From an uncultured Planctomycetota bacterium (GTDB taxonomy: Bacteria; Planctomycetota; UBA11346), in NCBI GenBank assembly GCA_903902515.1, contig CAIUVD010000326.1, positions 2,350 through 66,349 of the forward strand: 64,000 nt of DNA, given 5' to 3'. A program made the translations under genes and the position numbers. The notes under the pieces are model-generated. The model saw only the letters and a program-made list of their open reading frames with translations, did not search any database and was not told the origin of the DNA. Positions 29,006 to 38,724 of the stretch are shown one piece after another. Each line of letters begins with the position of its first letter. The stretch's first letter is position 1.

Positions 29006-30199
29006 ATGGTTTCACCGCCGACCCTCGACGGCCTCCTGGCGTGGCTGGATGCCGCCCCCAACCGGGAGCGCACCGGCAATTTCGCCGGCCTGCACACCCA
29101 GGCCATGGGCCGGGTCCTGGCCCACCTGCCAACACCCCCGGCCCCGGTGACCATCGCCGGGACCAAAGGTAAAGGCAGCACCCTGCACCTCATCGAGGCG
29201 GGCTTGGCCGCCCTGGGCCGGTCGACCACGGCCTTCACCAGCCCCCATGTCCGTTCCGTGGCCGAACGCTGGCGCCTCGATGGCAGGGAAGCCACCCCGG
29301 AGGATCTGCAGGACGCCCAGGCCACCGCCATGGCCGCTGAGGTCGCCGCCGGATGCCCCCTGTCGTGGTTTGAACGCTCCCTGGCCCTGGCCGTAATCCT
29401 GGCCAGCCGCCGACCCTCGGCGGTGTTTCTGGCCGAGGTCGGAATCGGCGGACGCCAGGATGCGGTGAACGCCCTCGACGCCGGAATCGCCGTGGTCACC
29501 CACCTGTCCCACGACCACCGGGATGTCCTGGGGCCGACCCTCGACCACATCGCCCACCAAAAATTGGGCATCGCCCGAGCGGGATACCCCCTGGTCATCG
29601 CTCCCCAAAGCCCCGAGGCCGCCGCGGCCATCAACCGGCGGCTGTCGGCGGGGGATGCCGACGGTGCGCTGATCATGGACGTCGGGCGCGGTCCAGCCCT
29701 CGACCTCGGCCTCCCCGGCGATCACCAGCAAGATAACGCCGCCACCGCTTTGGCGGTCCTCACGCTCCTCGCCCCAGGAGCCGACCTCGGGCCGGTCAAA
29801 GCCGCCTGGCGGGACCTCCACCTGCCGGCCCGTTGCCAACGGGTCCACCACCGGGGCCGGTCCCTGCTGGTCGATGGAGCCCACAATGGTCCGAGTATCG
29901 CCGCCACCCTCCAGGTCGCCCACCAGGACTTTTCCCAGGGTTTCACGCTGCTTCTAGCCCTGGCCCGGGACAAGGAGGTTGAGGAAATTCTGGCCACCCT
30001 CCCCGCCGGCCTGGGCGTCGTCCGTTGTGGCTACGCCAGCCCCCGGGCCCGTCAGGAAGCCGATTGGCCCCCCGAAGCTCGGGCGTGGCCGTGGTACGCC
30101 ACGGTGGCTGAGGCCCTGGCCGCCGTGCCCGGCCCCCTCTGCATCACCGGCAGTTTCTACCTGGCGGCCGAGGCCCTGGCGACCCTGGAGAGCCCCTAA
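29006..30199 (+). CDS. folC: bifunctional folylpolyglutamate synthase / dihydrofolate synthase
   Basis: Mur-ligase P-loop TIAGTKGKGST, HxxH-type THLSHDH, DGAHN. Confidence 0.85.
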   Translation: MVSPPTLDGLLAWLDAAPNRERTGNFAGLHTQAMGRVLAHLPTPPAPVTIAGTKGKGSTLHLIEAGLAALGRSTTAFTSPHVRSVAERWRLDGREATPEDLQDAQATAMAAEVAAGCPLSWFERSLALAVILASRRPSAVFLAEVGIGGRQDAVNALDAGIAVVTHLSHDHRDVLGPTLDHIAHQKLGIARAGYPLVIAPQSPEAAAAINRRLSAGDADGALIMDVGRGPALDLGLPGDHQQDNAATALAVLTLLAPGADLGPVKAAWRDLHLPARCQRVHHRGRSLLVDGAHNGPSIAATLQVAHQDFSQGFTLLLALARDKEVEEILATLPAGLGVVRCGYASPRARQEADWPPEARAWPWYATVAEALAAVPGPLCITGSFYLAAEALATLESP

Positions 30200-30717
30200 A
30201 ACCCCACCACCGCCGCGATCGCGACGCCGTGGGTCGCCACGCCATGGAGGCGGTCGCTGAGGAAGCCGGCGGCCTCGAACCCGACGCGGGTGCCATGGAC
30301 CGGGGGTTTCCACGGCAGGGTGGCCCCGATGACACCCTTGACGGTCGGCCGGAGGGAGGCGGCAACCCAGGTCGGTTGGCGGATGCGGATCACGCTGAGA
30401 CCCGCGCCGAGGCCCGCGTAAACGCCCCCGGAAATCGGCTGGCGCTCGATGTAGGCCGCGGTCAGGGCATCGAAGCGGTCGGCCCCGGCAGCCGTCGAGC
30501 GCCAATCGATATCCCCACCCATCCTCCCGAGGATCCCCCGCTGGGGCAGGATGACCCCGCCACCCAGGTACAGGCCCTGTTCGCCGACCAGGGTGCGCAC
30601 CTGCTCGTTGCCAAAAGTCAGGCCTGCCCGCAGGGCCCAGGGGCCGGGAATCCCGCCCTCGGCGGACCACAGGAGGGCGCTGACCCCGACCAGGGCGAAC
30701 CAACGGCAGCCCTTCAT
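30196..30717 (-). CDS. small outer-membrane beta-barrel protein (OmpA-like barrel / OMP_b-brl)
   Basis: Signal peptide MKGCRWFALVGVSALLWSA; 8-strand pattern; C-terminal IAAVVGF. Confidence 0.5.
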   Translation of the reverse strand: MKGCRWFALVGVSALLWSAEGGIPGPWALRAGLTFGNEQVRTLVGEQGLYLGGGVILPQRGILGRMGGDIDWRSTAAGADRFDALTAAYIERQPISGGVYAGLGAGLSVIRIRQPTWVAASLRPTVKGVIGATLPWKPPVHGTRVGFEAAGFLSDRLHGVATHGVAIAAVVGF

Positions 30718-31694
30718 GGGGGACTCCGGGAGAGGGCGAGGGTGGCTTTGACCGGATCCGATTCCAACCACACGGGGCCGATCAGGCGCACCGGCAGTTC
30801 ATGGAGGGCATTCGGGGGCAGATCATCGGGGACCAGGAGCGCCGCCGTCAGGTCCCGCTCGGGGCGGAGATCCCGGAGGAGATTCCGCGGCCCGCGCACG
30901 GTCACGGTGACCCGGGGCTGGGCGAGTTCGATACCGGAGGTCCGCCAGAGATCTGGAGTGGCGACAATCGCCAGGGGCAGGGTCAGGATCCGGCGGTCCT
31001 GGTCCTGGGGACGAATGTGAACCTCGGCACCGACGGTCTGGAGGATGCGGTAGGAGGCTTCCTGGGGTGGGACGAGGGGAATGGCGGTGCAGCGCTCGAC
31101 CCGGGGTTCGGCCAGGTCCGGCGGGATCTGACCGAGGGTGATGTCCTGGAAGCGGACCCGGTACCCTTCGGCCCGCAGCCGTTCCAAGAGCCCCGCCGGG
31201 GCCTGCACCCGGACCATGGTCACGTCGAGCACCACCGTCGCCAACAGCCCATCGGCCAGGCCGGTGACCCGGGGCGGCTCCAGGGGCAGCAACCCCTCGG
31301 CCACCCGATCGACCTGGACCTCAATTTCCCGGACCAGCTCCGGTTCCGTGGCTTCGATGCGAATATCATTGGGCAGGCGCAGCAGGGCACTGGTCAGGGG
31401 AAAACTGATGAGGCCGGCGGCCAATTGATCCGAGCGGACCTCCAGCCGGGGCACCAGGGTATCGAACTCGACCTCGACCTGGCGGCTCATCGGCACACTG
31501 AGCCGAACCTTGAACTCCCGGGGGCGGATGTGGACCGCCTGGTAATCCGCGGTCAGGCCCTTTACGGGGGCTTCGCCCGCAGTCACCGTCACCGTTCGCT
31601 CGACCCGTACCTGACCGCTGGTGTAGACCCACAGGGCCACGGCCAGGACCCCGGCCACCAGCTTCAGTTCCCAATGGGCGGTAATCCACTTCAT
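30714..31694 (-). CDS. cdaR: YbbR-domain protein (CdaR, regulator of diadenylate cyclase CdaA)
   Basis: N-terminal TM then repeated YbbR-like beta domains; directly downstream of and overlapping cdaA; start trimmed to MKWITAHWELK. Confidence 0.7.
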   Translation of the reverse strand: MKWITAHWELKLVAGVLAVALWVYTSGQVRVERTVTVTAGEAPVKGLTADYQAVHIRPREFKVRLSVPMSRQVEVEFDTLVPRLEVRSDQLAAGLISFPLTSALLRLPNDIRIEATEPELVREIEVQVDRVAEGLLPLEPPRVTGLADGLLATVVLDVTMVRVQAPAGLLERLRAEGYRVRFQDITLGQIPPDLAEPRVERCTAIPLVPPQEASYRILQTVGAEVHIRPQDQDRRILTLPLAIVATPDLWRTSGIELAQPRVTVTVRGPRNLLRDLRPERDLTAALLVPDDLPPNALHELPVRLIGPVWLESDPVKATLALSRSPP

Positions 31695-32512
31695 GACCGA
31701 GCCCCCGTGACTTCCGCCGCCAGGGCCGCCCGCCACACCCGACCAAGGAGGATCTCAACATCCTGACGGGACAGGCCACGCACCAGGGCCCCACGGTCCG
31801 CCATGCTGATGGCGCCGGTCTCCTCCGAGACCACCAAGGCCAGGGCGTCGGTGTCCTCACTGATGCCAATGGCCGCCCGATGGCGGGTGCCGGATAGGCC
31901 CTTGAACTCGGTGTTGGACGTCAGGGGCAGGATCACCCCGGCGCCGGCAATACGGCCCCGGCGGATGATCACCGCGCCATCGTGGAGGGGCGCGTCCTTC
32001 CAGAAGAGGCTGGTCAGGACCTTGGCGGTCATCTGGCAATCCAGCGGGCTTGAGGCGATGTAATGATCAAGGCGATCGGTGCGTTCGATGACGATCAGGG
32101 CCCCGATCCGGCGCGAAGCCAGGTGGGTAATGGCCTCGACCAGTTCCTGCACCGCCTCGGCCTGGGCGTAGGGCGCATCGGCGGTCGGGATGATGCCGCC
32201 TAAACGGCTAAACAGGCGGCGCAGTTCCGGCTGGAAGACCACCACCATGACCAACGCCATGAAACCGATGGAGGCCTGGAGGAGCCAGGAAATGGCGTGC
32301 AACTGCAGGAGCCGGGCCCCCATCCAGGCCCCGACCACCAGGGCCAGGATCAGGCTGATGCCCTTGATCTTGCCGCCCGCCGAAATGCGTTCGAGGGCCC
32401 GCAGCAGATGATAGATGACGATCGCCAGGATCGACAATTCGACCAGGTTCCGGAGGTACCAGGTGAGGTCCGTCAGGACCGTCGCTTCCAGGCTGGTCAG
32501 CCATCCCGGCAT
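31691..32512 (-). CDS. cdaA: diadenylate cyclase CdaA (DisA_N domain, 3 N-terminal TM helices)
   Basis: DAC motifs DGAVIIRRGRIAGAGVILPLT, GTRHRAAIGISEDTDALALVVSEETGAIS. Confidence 0.9.
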   Translation of the reverse strand: MPGWLTSLEATVLTDLTWYLRNLVELSILAIVIYHLLRALERISAGGKIKGISLILALVVGAWMGARLLQLHAISWLLQASIGFMALVMVVVFQPELRRLFSRLGGIIPTADAPYAQAEAVQELVEAITHLASRRIGALIVIERTDRLDHYIASSPLDCQMTAKVLTSLFWKDAPLHDGAVIIRRGRIAGAGVILPLTSNTEFKGLSGTRHRAAIGISEDTDALALVVSEETGAISMADRGALVRGLSRQDVEILLGRVWRAALAAEVTGARS

Positions 32513-33306
32513 TACGTCCGCCTTTCCTCCACGCCGGCCTGGCGTAGGGCGGCCATGGTGCCGCGCACATCATGGACACGCAACAGGGCGCAGGCCGGGG
32601 CCAGCAGGGCATGCAGGACGTGTCCCAGGGCGTCTGGGGCCGGATAGCTCGTGCCGCCGAGGGTGGCCAGGAACCGCTTACGGCTGATACCGAGGAGGAT
32701 CGGCAGGCCCACGGCTTCACGAAGGCGGGGCAGGGCCGCCAGCAGCGCCAGGTTATGGGGGACCTGCTTGCCAAAGCCGATGCCGGGGTCGATCAGCAGC
32801 CGGGAACGGGGAATGCCTGCCGCCTCGGCCCGGGCCACCCGGACCCGCAGGTGGGCGATCACCTCGGCCACCACATCGTCGTAGGCCGGGGCCACCTGCA
32901 TGGTGGCGGAGGTGCCCTGGCGGTGCATCAGGACCAGGAAGGCTCCGGCTTCGGCGGTGGCGGCCAGAAGATCCGGATCGTCGCCAGCGCTGACGTCGTT
33001 GACCATGGTGGCCCCAGCCCCCAGGGCAGCCCGGGCCACGGCGCCTTTCATGGTGTCCACGCTCAGGCCCGCCAGACAGCCCGCCGCCCGCAGCCCGGCG
33101 ATCACCGGCACCACGCGCCGGATTTCCTCGTCCACCGAGACGGCTAGGGCCCCCGGGCGGGTGCTTTCTCCGCCAATATCAATCCAGGCCGCCCCTTCGC
33201 TGGCCATCGCCAAACCGGCGGCCACGGCGGCCTCCACACTGGCCAAGCGACCGCCATCACTGAAGGAATCCGGCGTGACGTTGAGGATGCCCATGACCTC
33301 CGTCAT
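32512..33306 (-). CDS. folP: dihydropteroate synthase
   Basis: GILNVTPDSFSDGG, IDIGGESTRPG, MVNDVS, DPGIGFGK motifs. Confidence 0.9.
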   Translation of the reverse strand: MTEVMGILNVTPDSFSDGGRLASVEAAVAAGLAMASEGAAWIDIGGESTRPGALAVSVDEEIRRVVPVIAGLRAAGCLAGLSVDTMKGAVARAALGAGATMVNDVSAGDDPDLLAATAEAGAFLVLMHRQGTSATMQVAPAYDDVVAEVIAHLRVRVARAEAAGIPRSRLLIDPGIGFGKQVPHNLALLAALPRLREAVGLPILLGISRKRFLATLGGTSYPAPDALGHVLHALLAPACALLRVHDVRGTMAALRQAGVEERRT

Positions 33307-33314
33307 GGTGAGAC

Positions 33315-33962
33315 TCAGTACTTCGCCTGCTGCCAGCAGACCGCGCCACCGCTGCCGTCTTCGTCAACGAACACGAAGACCACGCCGCCATCACCGAGTT
33401 TCAGGTCCAGCAGGTCGGAGCTGAGACGATGATGAAAACGCAGGGGCCGCTTGACCAAATCCTCGATATCCACCGGGGCATTGGCCCACAGGGGCCAGCC
33501 GCCGACCTTCGAGCAGTCGCAGCCCAGGTCGTCCACCAGGTCGACCCAGGCGTCACTGGCCGCCACATCCAGGCCCGTGGGATCGACGTCGAGATCCACC
33601 GGCTCCTCGATTGGTTCGCCATAGGCGACCTTCAAACCCTTCCAATCCCCGGGGCAAACCCCATGGATCACCGAGAGGTGAACTTCGCTTTTTGGCGCGA
33701 TAATGACGGCGTTGTCGCCCTTGTGGGGCAGATAATCGAACGTCTCGACGGGATCCGAGCGATCGAGGAAGGTCAGGACCATCAGGTCACTGTCCTCGGC
33801 CAGGGGCAGGGCGCTCACCAGGGCCATGGTCTTGCCCGTGCGCTTGCCCTTGGGGTGCGGGATGCCGCGCTTCACGTGCCCACCCAGCTGCCCGACCGAG
33901 AGCAGGGGATTGGGCGCGCGTACCAAGGGACGACTCACGCGGACATCGGATTTTTTCGGCAT
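33315..33962 (-). CDS. hypothetical protein, possible DUF1963/YwqG-family
   Basis: KVGGWPLWANAPVD and C-terminal GDGGVVFVFVDEDG...VCWQ resemble DUF1963; basic N-terminal segment; weak assignment. Confidence 0.35.
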   Translation of the reverse strand: MPKKSDVRVSRPLVRAPNPLLSVGQLGGHVKRGIPHPKGKRTGKTMALVSALPLAEDSDLMVLTFLDRSDPVETFDYLPHKGDNAVIIAPKSEVHLSVIHGVCPGDWKGLKVAYGEPIEEPVDLDVDPTGLDVAASDAWVDLVDDLGCDCSKVGGWPLWANAPVDIEDLVKRPLRFHHRLSSDLLDLKLGDGGVVFVFVDEDGSGGAVCWQQAKY

Positions 33963-34149
33963 TTTTCGCTCCTGCTCCCGCTGCGGGGGTGGCGCATCCT
34001 GGTGCATCGGCGCAGGTGGCAACCACAGATCCTGCAAAATGCCGCAAGAATGGTGTTGCGAAGTATGGTAAAGTCTTCTAGGTTCGACCTATCAGCGCGA
34101 GAGCGATCGCCCGCGTCCCACAGATCACCCTCCTCATCAGGAGAATCCC

Positions 34150-34449
34150 ATGGCTAAAGCCAAGACCACCGCTCCCAAGGCCGCCGCTCCCAAGGCTGCT
34201 GCTCCCAAGGCCGCCGCCCCCAAGGCTGCTGCTCCCAAGGCCGTCGCCCCCAAGAAGGTCGTCGCCAAGAAGGCCGCCGCCCCCAAGGCTGCTGCTCCCA
34301 AGGCCGCCGCCCCCAAGAAGGCCGCCGCTCCCAAGGTTGCTGCCCCCAAGGCCGCCGCCCCCAAGAAGGTCGTCGCCAAGAAGGCCGCTGCTCCCAAGGC
34401 TGCTGCCCCCAAGAAGGCCGCTGCTCCCAAGAAGCCCGCCGCGAAGTAA
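34150..34449 (+). CDS. histone H1-like nucleoid protein (Lys/Ala/Pro repeats, 99 aa)
   Basis: AGGAGA RBS 7 nt upstream; entire ORF is AAPKAAAPK repeats as in Hc1/AlgP/BpH1-type proteins; followed by a strong intrinsic terminator. Confidence 0.7.
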   Translation: MAKAKTTAPKAAAPKAAAPKAAAPKAAAPKAVAPKKVVAKKAAAPKAAAPKAAAPKKAAAPKVAAPKAAAPKKVVAKKAAAPKAAAPKKAAAPKKPAAK

Positions 34450-34465
34450 TTCATTTTTTTCACGA

Positions 34466-34507
34466 CACCCTGGGGAAGCCGAAGCGGCCCCCAGGGTGTT
34501 TCGTTTT
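34466..34507 (+). terminator. rho-independent terminator (caccctgggg...ccccagggtg + TTTCGTTTT)
   Basis: 10-bp GC-rich stem and T-tract read directly, 17 nt after the histone-like gene stop. Confidence 0.75.
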
Positions 34508-34520
34508 ACGGGGAAATCCG

Positions 34521-35003
34521 ATGTTTGACGACCTCACCCACCTCGATGCCCAGGGCCAGGCCCGGATGGTCGATGTCACGGGCAAGATGCCTACCTCCCG
34601 CTCGGCCACCGCCCGCAGCGTGATCGAACTGCCGCCCCCGGCGGTGGCCGTCCTCGCCCGGGGCGGAGATACCCGCAAGGGCAATGTCCTGCAGGTGGCG
34701 CGGATCGCCGGCATCCAGGCGGCCAAGCGCACCGCCGACCTCATCCCCCTCTGCCATCCCCTGGCCCTGGCGGGCATCGACCTCGATCTGACGTTGGAGG
34801 GCGACCGCCTGGTGATCACCGCCACCGTCCGCTGCACCGGGCCCACGGGCGTCGAGATGGAAGCCCTGACGGCGGTGAGCGTCGCAGCCCTGACGGTCTA
34901 TGACATGCTCAAGGCCGTGAGCCACGACCTGGTCATCAGCCGCACGGAATTGGTCAATAAATACGGGGGAAAATCCGGGGCGATCGAACGCCCGCTCAGC
35001 TAA
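34521..35003 (+). CDS. moaC: cyclic pyranopterin monophosphate synthase
   Basis: THLDAQGQARMVDVTGK, KGNVLQVARIAGIQAAKRT, IPLCHPL motifs. Confidence 0.9.
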   Translation: MFDDLTHLDAQGQARMVDVTGKMPTSRSATARSVIELPPPAVAVLARGGDTRKGNVLQVARIAGIQAAKRTADLIPLCHPLALAGIDLDLTLEGDRLVITATVRCTGPTGVEMEALTAVSVAALTVYDMLKAVSHDLVISRTELVNKYGGKSGAIERPLS

Positions 35004-35004
35004 G

Positions 35005-37050
35005 TCAGCGCCGTTTTCCCCGGGTCCGCTTGGGTTGGCGGGGCTTGTCGGTGGTCACGCCATGGTCCGCCGCCTGGCCCGTCGCTTCGATGGCCTTGAT
35101 CACATCCCGCAGGCGGGCGGCTTCCTCGAAGCGCAGATTTTCCGCAGCGTCGATCATCAGGCGGGTGAGTTCCGGAAGGTCGGCAGGCGTCCGCACCACA
35201 CCATCGGCCCGATAGGAGCCACCCGCCTCGGCCACCTTGCGGGCCGTCAGGTGTTCGCTGAAAGAACCACCGAGGTCGCCTTGCTTATGGGCCGAGCGCG
35301 GCGTGATGCCGTTGGCCTCGTTGAAGGCCACCTGCTTCTCTCGGCGGCGGTTGGTTTCCTGGATGGCCGCCGTCATCGCCGGGCTGGAACCGTCGGCGTA
35401 GAGGATGACCTCGCCGGAAATATGGCGGGCCGCCCGGCCAATGGTCTGGATGAGGGAAGTCTGGCTGCGCAGGAACCCCTGCTTGTCGGCGTCGAAGATG
35501 CAGACCAAGGATACTTCCGGCAGGTCGAGGCCCTCGCGCAGGAGGTTGACGCCCACCAGGCAATCGGATTCGCCCGCCCGCAGACCCCGCAGCACGTCCA
35601 CACGCTCCAGGGCGTCGATGTCGCTGTGCAGCCAGGTGGTGCGGACCCCGGCCTCCGTCAGGTATTCCGCCAGGTCCTCGGCCAAACGCTTGGTAATGGT
35701 CGTGACCAGGGTCCGCTCGCCCCGGGCGACCCGGACTTTGACCCGGGTGATGAGATCCTCGACCTGACCCGAGGTCGGACGGATGGTGATCACCGGATCC
35801 ACCAGGCCGGTGGGACGGATCAGCTGTTCGGCCCGGAAGACCTCAGTCTTGGCCTCGTACTCCGAGGGCGTGGCGCTGACGAACAGCAGTTGGGGCGTCA
35901 ATTGCTCCCACTCGCTGAAGCGCAGGGGGCGGTTGTCGAGGGCGCTGGGCAGGCGGAAGCCGTGGCCGACCAGGGTCTCCTTCCGCGAGCGGTCGCCGGC
36001 GTACATGCCGCCGATCTGGGGCACGGTGACGTGGCTTTCATCGACCACGCACAGGAAGTCCGGGGGAAAGAAGTCGTAGAGACAGTAGGGCCGTTCACCG
36101 GGTTTGCGGCCCGTCAGGTGGCGGGCGTAATTCTCGATGCCGGAGCAGTAGCCGACCTCGGCCATCATTTCCAGGTCGTGGGTGGTGCGGGCCAGCAGGC
36201 GCTGGGCCTCCACCAGGGCGCCCTGCTGCATCAATTCCCGGTGGCGCTGGTCCAGCTCGTCCTTGATGCCCCCGATGGCGGCATCGACGGTCGCCTCATG
36301 GACCACGAAGTGCTTGGCCGGATAGACATTCAATTTCTCGTGCCGACCCAGAATTTCGCCCGTGAGGGTGTTGACGGTGGCAATCTCCTCGACCTCGTCG
36401 CCGAAGAACGACACCCGGATCGCTTGGTCATCGTAGGCGGGCCAGATTTCGACCACATCCCCGCGCACCCGGAAGCGGCCGCGCTGGAAACCGAGGTCGC
36501 CCCGGGAGTATTGAATGTTGACCAGAGCCGACAGGAAATCGTCCCGGGCCAGGGGTTGGCCGACCGCCACCGGCACCGTTAGGTCCTGATAGGCCCCCGG
36601 GGAACCGAGGCCGTAGATGCTCGACACCGAGGCGACGATGATGACGTCCTTGCGCGACAGAAGACTGCGGGTCGCCGACAACCGCAATTTGTCGATCTCC
36701 TCATTGATCGCCGACTCTTTTTCGATGTAGAGGTCCTTGCCGGGGACGTAGGCCTCGGGCTGATAATAGTCGTAGTAGGAGACGAAATATTCGACCGCAT
36801 TGTCCGGGAAGAAGCCCTTGAACTCGGCGTACAACTGGGCCGCCAGGGTCTTGTTGTGGGACAGGATCAGGGTCGGCTTCTGCAGCCGCTGGATCACATT
36901 GGCGACGGTGAAGGTCTTGCCGCTGCCCGTGACCCCCAGGAGGGTCGCCGCCTTGGCCCCAGCCGACAAGCCGTTGACCAGGGTCTCAATGGCCGTGGGC
37001 TGATCGCCCGTGGGTTGGTAGGGGGCAACAAGACGGAACAGGTCGGACAT
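35005..37050 (-). CDS. uvrB: excinuclease ABC subunit B
   Basis: N-terminal YQPTGDQP, Walker A GVTGSGKT, helicase motifs, C-terminal UVR domain (LRFEEAARLRD). Confidence 0.95.
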   Translation of the reverse strand: MSDLFRLVAPYQPTGDQPTAIETLVNGLSAGAKAATLLGVTGSGKTFTVANVIQRLQKPTLILSHNKTLAAQLYAEFKGFFPDNAVEYFVSYYDYYQPEAYVPGKDLYIEKESAINEEIDKLRLSATRSLLSRKDVIIVASVSSIYGLGSPGAYQDLTVPVAVGQPLARDDFLSALVNIQYSRGDLGFQRGRFRVRGDVVEIWPAYDDQAIRVSFFGDEVEEIATVNTLTGEILGRHEKLNVYPAKHFVVHEATVDAAIGGIKDELDQRHRELMQQGALVEAQRLLARTTHDLEMMAEVGYCSGIENYARHLTGRKPGERPYCLYDFFPPDFLCVVDESHVTVPQIGGMYAGDRSRKETLVGHGFRLPSALDNRPLRFSEWEQLTPQLLFVSATPSEYEAKTEVFRAEQLIRPTGLVDPVITIRPTSGQVEDLITRVKVRVARGERTLVTTITKRLAEDLAEYLTEAGVRTTWLHSDIDALERVDVLRGLRAGESDCLVGVNLLREGLDLPEVSLVCIFDADKQGFLRSQTSLIQTIGRAARHISGEVILYADGSSPAMTAAIQETNRRREKQVAFNEANGITPRSAHKQGDLGGSFSEHLTARKVAEAGGSYRADGVVRTPADLPELTRLMIDAAENLRFEEAARLRDVIKAIEATGQAADHGVTTDKPRQPKRTRGKRR

Positions 37051-37089
37051 GGGAGTGGAGGTTACCTCCAACGCCGGAAAGGCAGCCCG

Positions 37090-37461
37090 TCAGCGGGCCC
37101 GGCGGGCGAGGATGAACGAGCGCACCGCCAGACCGATAAACACCGCGCACACCACCGCGGTCAGCCCCTGGGCAATGGCCGCCGCGGGACGTTCCGGAGC
37201 GACCCCGGCGATCCCCCAATTCACGAGACGGAACAGACCGCCGACGGTCCCGAACACCGCCAGGAGGGCCACGCTGACAATCACGTGCATGACGTGCTTC
37301 CGGCTGCCAGGCCACGTCCGGGCCACGACCCCCGCCAAGACAAAGAGCAGACCAAAGGCGGCCGGGATCAGGGCCGTGAGGTGAGTCTGGCCGGTGGCGA
37401 GGTAGCCACCGACGCCGATCAGGGCCAGCAGGACACCCGTAAGCATAGTGATGATGGGCAT
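37090..37461 (-). CDS. small hypothetical membrane protein (4 TM)
   Basis: Hydrophobicity pattern only. Confidence 0.35.
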   Translation of the reverse strand: MPIITMLTGVLLALIGVGGYLATGQTHLTALIPAAFGLLFVLAGVVARTWPGSRKHVMHVIVSVALLAVFGTVGGLFRLVNWGIAGVAPERPAAAIAQGLTAVVCAVFIGLAVRSFILARRAR

Positions 37462-37602
37462 AGCGGACTACCGTGTCGGTTGGACTCCTGGGGGAAGTGC
37501 GGGGAATCGTCCACGGCCACCGGCAGGTTGCCCAGATCCTCATGGATTCCCCCCCATACCTTCAACAATCGGCCCACACTCCGCCGTCCCCAAGGAACTC
37601 CC

Positions 37603-38724
37603 ATGACGCATTCGGCTGCCCCCAGGGCCCCCACCGTGCGTACGGTGGCCAAAATCCGATTCGCCAAGGATGACGGTTTCCATGCCGCCCTGCGACAGCG
37701 GGTGGAGGCGCATTTCCAGGCCCATCCTGGCCGCCACGGCGGCTGGACCCTGGGCCTTAAGACGGCCCTGATTCTGATCGCCCTCGCGGGAGCCTACGGG
37801 TTCCTGGTCTGGGGTGACATCAATGTCCTGCAGGCCGTGGCCCTGGCGATGGCCATTGGCCTGCTTTCCGCCCTGGTCGGCTTCAATATTCAGCACGATG
37901 GTGGTCATCAGGCCTTCAGCGCCGTACCCTGGCGCAACCGCCTGGCAGCGGCGACCCTCGATGTCGCCGGGGCCAGCTCCTATGTCTGGAACTGGAAACA
38001 CGCCGTCTACCACCATGGGTTTCCCAACCTCTCGGGCCATGATACGGACATCGACGTCAGCAATCTGGTGCGCCTCGAACCCCACCAGCCCCTGCGGGCC
38101 CACCATCGGTGGCAGTTTCTCTACATTTGGTTCCTGTACGGCATTATGGCCATGCGGTGGCAGATTCTGGACGATTTCAGGGACGTAGCCAAGGGACGCA
38201 TCGGCCCCCACCGCATTCCCCAACCCAAGGGGCTGGAAGTGCTGATCCTCTACGGGGGAAAGGCGATTTTTTTTGCCCTCGCCTTCGGCATTCCGATGTG
38301 GTTCCACCCCCCCCTCCAGGTCCTGGGCCTTTACGCTGTGATGGCGGCCACCCTCGGGGTTTTTCTCAGCGTGGTGTTCCAGTTAGCCCACAATACCGGC
38401 CTGTGCGAGTTCCCGGCCCCACCGGAACCCGGGGGCCGGATGGCCCATTCTTGGGCCGTCCACCAGGTCCAGACCAGCGCCGATTTTGCCCGGGACAGCC
38501 GCCTGGCGACGTGGTTTCTCGGCGGGCTCAATTTCCAGATCGAGCACCACCTGTTTCCCCATGTCAGCCATGTGCATTACCCGGCCCTCTCCCGGATTGT
38601 GGAGGAGACCTGTCGGGATCATGGCATCGCCTACCGAGACCACGGATCCTTCCTCCAGGGCTTCATGGCCCATGTGCGCTGGCTGCGGGATCTCGGACGG
38701 CCCGCACCTCAACCGGCGTCGTAG
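37603..38724 (+). CDS. membrane fatty-acid desaturase (acyl-lipid/acyl-CoA desaturase family)
   Basis: His boxes HDGGH, HAVYHH, QIEHHLFP; ORF 36856.. trimmed to in-frame ATG MTHSAAPRAP. Confidence 0.85.
   Translation: MTHSAAPRAPTVRTVAKIRFAKDDGFHAALRQRVEAHFQAHPGRHGGWTLGLKTALILIALAGAYGFLVWGDINVLQAVALAMAIGLLSALVGFNIQHDGGHQAFSAVPWRNRLAAATLDVAGASSYVWNWKHAVYHHGFPNLSGHDTDIDVSNLVRLEPHQPLRAHHRWQFLYIWFLYGIMAMRWQILDDFRDVAKGRIGPHRIPQPKGLEVLILYGGKAIFFALAFGIPMWFHPPLQVLGLYAVMAATLGVFLSVVFQLAHNTGLCEFPAPPEPGGRMAHSWAVHQVQTSADFARDSRLATWFLGGLNFQIEHHLFPHVSHVHYPALSRIVEETCRDHGIAYRDHGSFLQGFMAHVRWLRDLGRPAPQPAS

Noticed and set aside
27856-29676. Long 606-aa version of the kinase ORF
   Set aside because: The N-terminal 250 aa are Arg/Ala/Pro-rich junk and overlap the divergent folC gene. 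The kinase domain begins right after the ATG at 28914.
34137-34463. 108-aa - strand ORF (GAAAFLGAAALG repeats)
   Set aside because: Antisense frame of the histone-like repeat gene. The + strand has the RBS and terminator.
35035-36582. 515-aa + strand ORF
   Set aside because: Antisense to uvrB.
36856-38724. Long 622-aa version of the desaturase ORF
   Set aside because: The upstream 249 codons overlap the uvrB 5' end and the small membrane protein gene and are low complexity. The desaturase begins at the ATG at 37603.
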